From positions 166,955,549-167,019,548 of the forward strand of contig NC_068981.1 of NCBI RefSeq assembly GCF_001194135.2: a stretch of DNA of 64,000 nt, given 5' to 3'. The stretch is from Octopus bimaculoides (taxonomy: Eukaryota). Position numbers and translations under genes: made by a program. Each line of letters begins with the position of its first letter. The first letter of the stretch is position 1. The notes beneath the pieces were generated by a model. The model saw nothing but the letters and a program-made list of their open reading frames with translations, was not told the origin of the DNA and made no database searches. Below, in pieces: positions 34,258-44,040 of the stretch.

Positions 34258-35105
34258 AAAAAGTTTGCTGTTTTATAGATACAAGAAATAGTTTAATTCA
34301 TCAAAGAATGCATCCATACTTTTGCCATTTCAGCGGTAGCTTGTCCAGCCTGAAACTATAAAAGCCTGGCAATCTAGAGTCAATAAAATTTTGGAAGGCC
34401 TGTTTTACAGCATCGTTGGAATTAAATTTTTTTTCCAATCAAAAAATTATCCAAATTCTGGAAGATGTGGTAGTCAGTGGGGACAAGATCAGGTGAGTTT
34501 GGTGGATGATGGAGAACTTCCAACTCCAACTTCTGTAGTTTCACCAATGTCATTTTTGCAATGTGTGGTCTGGTGTTGCCTTGCAGTAAAATAGGAATGG
34601 ATTTGTTGACTAATCTAGGCTATTTTTTTGTAAGTTTCTGCATTATTTGGTCCAGTTGGCTGTAGTATACTTCAGCTATGATTGATGAGCCAGATTTAAT
34701 GAAATCATAGTGGATCACACCTGCACCAGACCACCAAACACATACCATCAGCTTCTTTTGATGAATTTTGCTTTTTGGACTGTGTTTTGGTGGCTCAGCT
34801 TTGTCCCGCCATTGTGCTGAACGTTTACATTTCTTGTATTGGATCCATTTCTCATCACATGTTACAATTCGATTAAAAGATGATTCATTTTTGTGATGAG
34901 AAAGTAGCATAATGCAGGTTTCCAAACGTTACTGTTTCCGATTTTCATTGAGTCCATGTGGAACCCACTTATCCAACTTTTTCACTCTACCAATTTGAAC
35001 TAGGTGAGTCAATATTGTTTGCTGGCTAACACCAAACAACGATGATAATTCATGGACACTTTGAGATAGATCTGACTTGATGGTGGCTTTCAGCTTGTCA
35101 TTATC
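34258..35105 (-). mobile_element. mariner transposase remnant (5'-truncated)
   Basis: KKLDKWVPH, RIVTCDEKW, KKLMVCVWW and HPPNSPDLVPTDYH motifs, with stops and frameshifts. Confidence 0.9.
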
Positions 35106-35122
35106 CACCTATACATATATAT

Positions 35123-35376
35123 ATCAAAATAAACAACAAAGATATCCAGAGGTAATGCAGTGCGATCGTTTCACGTGACTCCATTTAATTGAACAATGTA
35201 AACATTACATCAAATATAAAATGTAGAGCAAAATTTCTAAATTTCTACGTCTTTGTGCAGCTGAAGATTGCTCTACATTTTATATTTGATTTAATGTTTA
35301 CATTATTCAATTAAATGGAGTTGCATGAAACGATCGTACTGCATTACCTCTGGATATCATTGTTGCTTATTTTGAT
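35123..35376. repeat. Inverted repeat: 109-bp arms (35123-35231, 35268-35376), 36-nt loop
   Basis: 8 mismatches by eye. Confidence 0.93.
35256..35343 (+). ncRNA. Type-I hammerhead ribozyme motif, same family as 32899-32984
   Basis: Helix I TGCAG (35256-35260)/CTGCA (35339-35343). CTGAAGA 35261-35267. 59-nt helix II with a T-T mismatch at its base. GAAAC 35327-35331, palindromic GATC loop, GTA 35336-35338. Confidence 0.8.
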
Positions 35377-35481
35377 TTTAATCACCTTATTTTGAAACTG
35401 TATGTATAATACCATACTAAATTCTGGTGCCTAAACTTAAGTACCATATTCACCTGATTCTATATATATATGTATATACAA

Positions 35482-35620
35482 TGGGCTTCTTTCAGTTTCT
35501 GTCTTCCTAATCCACTCACAAGGCTTTTGTTGGCCTGAGGCTATTGTAGAAACCACTTCCCCAAGGTGCCACACAGTAGTACTGAACTCAGAACCATGTG
35601 GTTGGGAAGCAAGCTTCTTT
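35482..35620 (-). mobile_element. SINE family C fragment
   Basis: Homologous to 26745-26830. Confidence 0.7.
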
Positions 35621-35819
35621 ATTTCATAAAATTGGCTATAAAAGCCTTACACAGATGGGAAAAACAAGGACAGACAAACATAGAGGATGAAGAAGTTGCT
35701 TTACCATGAATGAAAATGTTGCGGATGATAATATAAAAATGTCATGTGGTTAAAAATTATTTTTTTAAAATTTCAAATTTAAGCAGTTGATAATCATTTT
35801 TAATTGCAAATTTTGCAAT

Positions 35820-36935
35820 GTATACAATCGAAAGAAAGGCATCCAACTGCCAGGTTCGAACCCTTACTTTTCCCTCTGGCCCCACTTACCTGGTTCCAGT
35901 CACACGCAGCAAGTTCACTACTGGCTTCCATCTTTTCGTGAACATATCCTGTGACAGGTATCTCTTCTCCAACCTGATCTTACTATCGAGGTGGTAACTA
36001 AAAAAGTTAACCAGCCCTTGACTGGAGACAAAGATACCAGTTACTATCCCTCTTACTCACATCTTCCATACTGTTTCTTTCAGTATGGCTACTACGCAGA
36101 AAAAATCCTTCCTTTCACTGTTAAGGGAAGGAGGTGGCACAATCTTGATAATAGACTCAGCTGATAGCTGTACCCGTCCCGTCACTGACAACAGTTTTTC
36201 GACAAAAGCTATCAGCCTTGATAATTCCGGAAACTCCATGAAGGCATGCAAGACAGTTTCTCTGTCCCACCCGCACCTCGGGCATGTTGGCGAGACGGAA
36301 CTTCTGTGCCTTGACAGATTGTCTTGAACACACAAAGTCGAACAGGAGCACTGCTAAGCCAGGGATTTCTGGTAATTATCCAGACATCCTAGCCTGAAAG
36401 TTCTCCTGAGCAGGTTGATCAACTGATTTCCATCGCAGCCCAGGGCTACCCCCAAAACATCATCTGACATAAATTCCAATAACCCCTATATTAATCCGCA
36501 GTAGAACTCCTGTTGCCAGTATTACCCACCTGAGAGAGTAGCTGGAGTGCTTGACGACACTCCAATTGCCAATACCCCAGCCTAGGTCTTCGTTTGATCC
36601 ATGGACCAATGTCCCTTAAGGATGTCAACTGTGGAAAATAGAACCTTACATGTAGTGACCACAGCTGCTCCCCATCCAGGTAAAGCCAGAGGTGCCTCAA
36701 CCTCAACGCGAATTTTCGCATCTTCAGCCAAAGCATTCCTAGCCCACCCTTTAGCCAAGGAAAGGTAACTACCTTGGTATGGATATGTGATATAAATGAA
36801 TAGTGTATCTGAAGTCTGTGAAGGATAACTGTCACAGAAGACACTGGAAGAAGTTTCTAGATTTTGGGCCTTACAAGTCAGATTGCATTCCAATTTAACA
36901 TCACCAAATGGTCCTTGTATCCATTTGGGGGAGTT
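35820..36935 (-). mobile_element. L1/Tx1-clade LINE ORF2 3' part (zf-RVT region), 5'-truncated
   Basis: PWLKGGLGMLWLKMRKFALRLRHLW and CPRCGWDRETVLHAF (CCHC-type zf-RVT). Stops and a frameshift are present. Confidence 0.85.
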
Positions 36936-37922
36936 TATTCTATTGACTAGACATTCAACTCCACTTTACCATTTCCTTTCTCTCACATATAAGATAATGG
37001 CATGCCCATCCCCTTTGATTAGAGAAATTTAATACATGTATCAATGTCAAAATTAGGAATGGGGTATATCTGAGTGTGAAAAAAATGAGAAGAGAATAAA
37101 ATATATTATTGCATTTTAGGGTTTAAATTATTATAATTGAGATTGCATTGTGTTCAAGTAACAATAGTCTATGTAAAAATAAACTCTTTGCTATTAAGTC
37201 ATGATCATGAAGGATGCAATATTTCAATTTTAATGTAACAATGCAGAATATTCTATAAGAACATCTTTACTGTAATGAGCTTCTAGTCATTTGGTTTAAG
37301 GCTTGAGATATGTGAGTCTTCACTGGAGCTTGTGTGGGGAACTAGATTACTGTATTAAAAGATTGTTGGTTTCATTAAGAAGCTCAGCTGTAATTCATAC
37401 AGTTCCTTAAAAAATTATTTTATTATTGACTGAATATTCTTCCTAATAACAAATTATTGTATGATAACACATGGCTGTTATACTTCTACTTCAGCTAATA
37501 ATTTCTTTAACTGGAATAATTTTCTGTGCCTATGGATACAATTAAATGGTGGTAGCTAGGTTTAAACCTATGATATAAGCAAAGTATCCAGCAGAGTCCC
37601 TGATGTTATCATCTTTTCTATCTTTCATAATTACTTGGTAAATATTTCAGTAATTCACTGTTTCATGTAGAGAGTAAATTTGAAAGGTAGCACATAACAT
37701 CAAAAATTTGTTGGAAGGGAATAGTCAATTATATTAACCACTAGCATTTGGCTAGTACTTATTTTATAAACTCCTGGTAGAGGAAAGACAAAGTCAACCT
37801 CAGCTTTATTTGAACTTAGAAAGTAAGAGGATGTAGCTGAATGCTAAAAGTAATTTTTTGGTGATGGTCTTACAAGTCTTCCAATCCACCATCCTTAGTT
37901 CAATGATAATAATATAAGTTCA

Positions 37923-37960
<38 letters not shown>

Positions 37961-37964
37961 TAAA

Positions 37965-38240
37965 ACCAAGGTGCTACATAAAAGCATTGATGTAGGTGAG
38001 TGCTGGTGCCATGTAAAAAGCATTGGTGCTAGTTCCACATAAAAAGCACTGGTGATAGTGCCACATAAAAGGCATCCAGTAACTCTGTGGAGTAGTTGAC
38101 GTTAGGAAGGTCATCCAGCTGTAGAAACTAAGCCAAAACAGACTATAGCCTGGTGCAACTTGTGACCTTACCAGTTCCTGTCAAACCATCCAATCCATGC
38201 CAGCATGGATAATGGACATTAAATGATGATGATGATGACA
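37965..38240 (+). mobile_element. SINE family A
   Basis: Internal ggtgc.acataaaaagcac repeats, family A core and (GAT)n tail. Confidence 0.75.
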
Positions 38241-38439
38241 ATAATGGTCATATACACACACATGCCCAGTACATGTTGTAAGGACACTGGCATCTAGAAG
38301 AGCATCCATTGGCATCCAGAAGAGTATCCAGTCATAGAAACCATACCAAAGCAGACATTGGAACATGATTGAGTCCTTCATCCCATTGGGTCCTCTCGAA
38401 CCATCCAACCCATGCCAACATGAAGGTGATACATATATA

Positions 38440-39302
38440 CAGTGTGTTTGGGCTAAATTTGATAATTTTTTATGTCCCATTTTTTCAGGAACAGCTTGAT
38501 ATATTGGTGAACAGTCAATGCCATAGGAGTGCATAAAGATTAAAGTTGTAGCTGAGAAAGAGTTAGTTGACATGCAGGGCTGGAACATTGGAAAAGATTT
38601 AACTGTATCATGATGATTTGCACAGTGTATGAAAATGCCGGCATCAGAATTGCTGCCGAGTACTCTGTGAACACTGTAAAGGCTGTATGACATGGCATGG
38701 ACATCATGAAAACCAAGTTTCCCAAGACTGTGATGGTCTTTGGTTGGGTCTCCAGTGAAGGTGACATCATGCTATCCCACATCTTTGAACAGAGCCTTAG
38801 GCTCAATTCAAATGGCTATGTGGAGCTGCTGGAGACTGCCCAAACTCTGACTGGAGGGGATTGCTGCTAGAAGGGCATGTGTGACAGCAGGATTTGGTTC
38901 CTTACCATACCTCAGGAAAGTATCAGAAGTAGCTGCTGGAGAATTTCTACGACTTCACCAGCTCCAATTTCTAGCCTTCAAATTCCCTAGATTATAATCC
39001 CATGGATGACTACATGTAGGGCATAGTTGAGAAAGACATCAACCACTCTTTCTGAAACATCAAGCTCAAGCAGGTAGCCAAGATTAAGGTGTTTGAACAC
39101 AGTGAGGAATGCACATGCCAGATTCCGGAACCATCTTGAGACTGAGATGGAAGCTGAGGGAGACTACTTTGAGTAAACTGTTATTGCCACAACATAATTT
39201 AGCCGATATTTTTTGATTTTTAAAAGTACTTTTATTTTTGAATGAGATATTGTATTTTCTTTTCCTTTGATACTGACTGTCAAATTTAGCCCAAATACTC
39301 TG
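38440..39302 (+). mobile_element. Internally deleted Tc1/mariner-superfamily transposon (maT/DD37D-like)
   Basis: TA|CAGTGTGTTTGGGCTAAATTTGA (38440-38462) and TCAAATTTAGCCCAAATACTCTG (39280-39302) TIRs. KFPKTVMVFGWVSSEG, QQDLVPYHT and PSNSLDYNPMDDY.*GIVE motifs. Confidence 0.85.
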
Positions 39303-40130
39303 TGTGTGTGTGAGTATGTGTTATGTATGTACACATACACATACATTATTAGCATACCATTAACAATATAATTTACCCCTATTTTGCAAAAAAATTGTAG
39401 GTGGTTAATACACTTTTTTCTGCAAAATAGGGGTAGTTTATCCTGTTCAGGCTATATTATTAGCATTATTCTGCATTTCAATGCTTCTAAAAGCAAACTT
39501 CGTTTGTTTGTTTACATTTATCATAATATAATTTAATTTTTTTTTCACATTGATTTGATTTTGATGAGTTTATTCTGTTGTTGGGTTAGTAAAAGAATAG
39601 TAACTTGTTCATCAGTAAGAATGGCAAGCTTGTCTAGTTACTTCCAACACTTTTGCTGTACCTTTCTTGGTATAGTTACTTTTGCTTAGCCCCAGCTTAT
39701 CTCTGATTAAGTAGACCTATGGTCAAAGGCAGTCCATCCATGAGCATTTGTCCTTTCCCCCAGACACAGTGTTTTCAGAACCACATTATCTCATGTGCTT
39801 TTCTTTTCTAAGACAGTAGGGTATGATTTGAGGGAGTTTTTGCTGACATTTCAAGTAGATCAAGTAGCCACGTAAAGGGTTATTTCATTGGCTTGTTACT
39901 GTCATAGTAATCATGTAGCCAGTAAATTTACTTTAAGCACAAATATGGCATTGGTATACACTGACACCTGATCAGATTCACCAATTAACAGTTGGATTTT
40001 AAAAATTCTTTATGAACTCTGTACACAAAAAGATACTTCATCAGCAGAAATTAAGTAGAAAGAGAAGTTAGTTATAAAACTACCACAGTTGGGATTCATG
40101 AATAGTTCATCCTCTCTTCTACTCCTTTAA

Positions 40131-40336
40131 CCCTTTAGCATTTAAACCAGCCACACCCAGCCCAAATATCTTATTGTTTTATATTCAGACTAGCCAAATC
40201 TGGCCTCTCACACATGTACAATGTCTTTGTAAAAATAAATAATCACATCATTGAAATCTCAAAGCTTAGAAATTTCAAAGATTGAGGTAATTCCAATTAG
40301 AATTACATTTGACAAAGTAATCTGAATGCTATAGGG
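40131..40336 (-). mobile_element. piggyBac-type MITE with TTAA target duplication
   Basis: TTAA (40127-40130)|CCCTTTAGCATT...AATGCTATAGGG|TTAA (40337-40340). Confidence 0.85.
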
Positions 40337-41260
40337 TTAAACTTATACCTACTTACCTACCTACACAATCTTCTCATACCTCCACAAAATATACATGCAT
40401 ATGCATATGGGATCACAGTCATGTCTTGCACTTTTAACAAGACAACTGCACAATTAACCACAAACCTACATCGACTTCTTTGAAATTTGGCTTCAAACAA
40501 GTAGACAAAATGGAGCTGTCACCAAATCTGTCTCCATTCTAACAGAGGTACTATAGATCAAATACTGCTGACCATCACACTCAAACAACAAAAACATAAT
40601 GTATGTGTGAGTGTGTGTGTTACTGTCTCTTATCTTGACATCATGTGAAAACTGTAATGTAGGCAGTGTTTTTTGTTTCCAATTTTCCATGAAAACATAT
40701 CTGGTCATCAAAGAATATTACTTTACTTGGAAACAGGTAAGGGCTGGTAATAGGAAGGGCATCCAACTGTAGAAAATCTACCTAAAAAATTTGGACAAAC
40801 CCATGAGCATAGATAAGCAGATGTTAAACAATGATGATGGTGGCGGTGGTGATGGTGGNNNNNNNNNNNNNNNNNNNNNNNNNNNNNNNNNNNNNNNNNN
40901 NNNNNNNNNNNNNNNNNNNNNNNNNNNNNNNNNNNNNNNNNNNGCGATGATGATGATAATGATGGCAGTGGCAGTGATGGTTATGGTGATGATGATGCTG
41001 TCAGATTATTCCACATTTAGTATATTCCAAATTTGAGCCCATATTCTGACATTCTTGCTGGTCTATGAGAATTTTCTAAGAGATTAATACTTAAAATTAT
41101 CCAATTCAAAAAATTTCCCTAGAATATTATTTTGTTTCCCTTTTAAGAAATTTAAGAAATAGAGTAACCAAAATTTGTGTTCTGTTTTCTTTTTTTATCC
41201 TACATATGTTTTTTAACCAAGAAGAGCAAATAACTAAAAAATGATAGAGGGGAGGAAAGG

Positions 41261-41263
<3 letters not shown>

Positions 41264-41309
<46 letters not shown>
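41264..41309. repeat. (GA)n microsatellite
   Basis: Direct reading. Confidence 0.98.
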
Positions 41310-41313
<4 letters not shown>

Positions 41314-42194
41314 TGGTTTCTGTCAGTTTGAAAGACAGCAGTAAAATTAATTCCCATAGTCACTTAGAAAACAGGATAACCCTGTATGTGTGTAAGTATG
41401 TATGTATGCATATGTGTATCTAAACATGTACATAAGGATGTATGCATATAAGTAACTTAAGTATGTACATATGTAAATTAAATGGGGATGCAGCCACAAA
41501 GGAGATATGAAAGAGAATCTACAGTAATTAAAAGATTGGAATCAAATCAATGTCTCATTGCTGATGTTATAGTGTGCCTGTGAGGGTCTCTTCCCAATGC
41601 CCACCTGCATCCTCTCTGCTCCATCAGCCATTTCCCCAAACACCTACCACCTCTCTATCAACTGACAACAGAGTAAGTACATACAACTTCCATTTCCCAT
41701 TATCTTACCTACTTCTTGTGCCTTCTGTCACCTGCATTGTTCTCCTTTATTAATGCCTCATTTATCTGCTATCATTGTCAATACCCTTACATACCTATCA
41801 CAAACCCTGCTCCTGAGCCTCTCTTATATTTCACTCCATCATTTGCCTCAGTCATCTCTACGCTGCCCACCTAGTCCAAACCTCTGTATCATCCCAATTA
41901 TTTTCATCTCCCCAATCTCACTGAAGGGCATGTTCTGACACATCTTCACCACCCTCTCTCTCATTATTGCTCATTTTATCTTACCCACTCTCTTTATCTT
42001 ACTCTGTAACCTACCCTCCTTTTCTTTTTGAACTGGAGTATTCATTATCTACTTTACAGCAGGACACCTACCCCTGTCCCTCTATACCATTAATCTTTCA
42101 TCAACTGGCACAAAGCCAACCTTCTCACTGTCAACTCTCTCACTCCTGTTCCCCCCTCCCAACTGAAGGGGATTTTGTCTTGCAAGTTATTCAG

Positions 42195-42456
42195 TGACCC
42201 TGTCAGTGCCAGTGCCATATAAAAAGTACTGGTACAGGTGCCACACAAAAGGCACTAGTGCTGGTGCCATGTAAAAAGCACCCAGTATACTCTGTAAAGT
42301 GGTTGGTGTTAGGAAAGGTATCCAGCTGTAGAAACCATGACAAAACAGACAATGGAGCCTAGTATGGCCCTTAGCCTTACCAGCTCCTATCAAACTGTCC
42401 AACCTATGCTAGCATGGAAAATGGACATTAAATGATGATGGTGATGATGATGATGA
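42195..42456 (+). mobile_element. SINE family A
   Basis: Family A core and (GAT)n tail. Confidence 0.75.
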
Positions 42457-43398
42457 AGCAGATTTCTTCCAAGAATACCAAACATGTAAATGAATGTTAA
42501 TATTATTTTCATACAAAAGGGTGGAGAAAGATGAGTGTACCAGTAGAGCACTTGACTAATGACACAAAGGATTTTAATTTTCTATTTTATTCCATTTGGG
42601 TTAATTTTGCTTTTCATTCACCATAGTCAATAAAATAAATTCATTTAGTATACTTCCCTCAAGTAAAAAATAGTTTTCATCTCAGTCAATGAATGTATTT
42701 AATGCCTTTCTGGGTAAGTTGTAACTGTTTACTATATTTCTGTCTTTACAGGGACATCGAATGTTTTGCTGGGTTTAAAAAGCATTTTTTGAGAAACTGA
42801 GTCATAAAAAAATTATTGAAGATATTTGTAAAACATGTAAGAATTTTTAATTTGTCCACTTTAGAATGAGTTATAATTTAGAATAATATCAGTATTATAC
42901 TTTAACAAAAGAATGGATGGGACGTTTGAAAATTTGTATGAATATGAAGTGTAGTGATTCATTTTTCAGTTCATTATCTGTTATTATTAAAAGCTTGTTT
43001 TGGACGCAAATGTCCAAAGAAAAATAACAGAGCAGTGCTGGAGAGTTCTCTTTAGAATAATTGTAGTATGAGTGTTACGAGTGAAGCAATGATATTTCAG
43101 TGAAAGAGATGAATGTGCTAGAGTTAGTGTAGACAGTTCTTTTTACAGTTCATCATTTTGACAGTTGTAATGGTGAAGACCTTGCCAAATACAAGAATTT
43201 GCCTTCCTTTAAGCTTCTTTGCTCACATCACTAAGCTCCTGACTTTCACACTGTCTGTCTGCCATTGTAAATCTGGTCACTTTTAATATGCTCCAGCAAA
43301 AATCTGATTGGATGGATATTTAGTGAAATCATCTCTTGAAAGTTCAAAAGTTGTTTGCATATAATTTTATTGGTCAAATTATTGCACATGTTATTATT

Positions 43399-43785
43399 CT
43401 GCACTATATTCAGAATCACTTAAGTATACACTTGTATTCATGTATACAGCTGTACAGATTATCTCTCCTGGTACCTACAATGCTTACTTCTGGCCTTGCA
43501 TAATAACTACCTTTTAATGTATACTTTTTGTGTGTTCATTAAAAACCACATTAGTGTTCTCACATTCATTGACTACCATTTTCTGCTGACATATTCTATA
43601 GAAAATGGTAGTTAATGAATGTGAGAACACTAATGTAGTTTTTAATGAGCACACAAAAAGTATACATTAAAAGGTAGTTATTATGCAAGGCCAGAAGCAA
43701 GCATTGTAGGTACCAGGAGAGATAATCTGTACAGCTGTATACATGAATACAAGTGTATACTTAAGTGATTCTGAATATAGTGCAG
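43399..43785. repeat. Long inverted repeat: 186-bp arms (43399-43584, 43600-43785), 15-nt loop
   Basis: 4 mismatches, all transitions. Confidence 0.95.
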
Positions 43786-43849
43786 TACCAAACTGCATAC
43801 ATATTCAAGTATATCTGAATAATTGCTTCAAATTTTAGCACAAGGCCAG

Positions 43850-44040
43850 CAATGTTATGAGGAGGGACATAGTCAATTACATCAACTTTAGTGCTTGACT
43901 AGTATCTTATTTTATTAACCCCAGAGGTATGAAAGGCAAAGTTGACCCCCAGTGGAATTTGAACTCAGTGCATAATGAGTCAGAAGAAATACTGCTGGGT
44001 ATTTTGTCTGATTCTCTAATAACTCTGCTTGCTTGGTACC
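43850..44040 (+). mobile_element. SINE family B
   Basis: Family B core. Confidence 0.7.

Noticed and set aside
37975-38070. Short regularly spaced repeats (ggtgc.acataaaaagcac) resembling a CRISPR array
   Set aside because: Internal tandem repeats of SINE/RTE family A with no unique spacers, in eukaryotic DNA with no cas genes.
41560-42170. Strongly C/T-skewed stretch with short ORFs
   Set aside because: No motif, terminus or repeat partner found; likely an old TE remnant.
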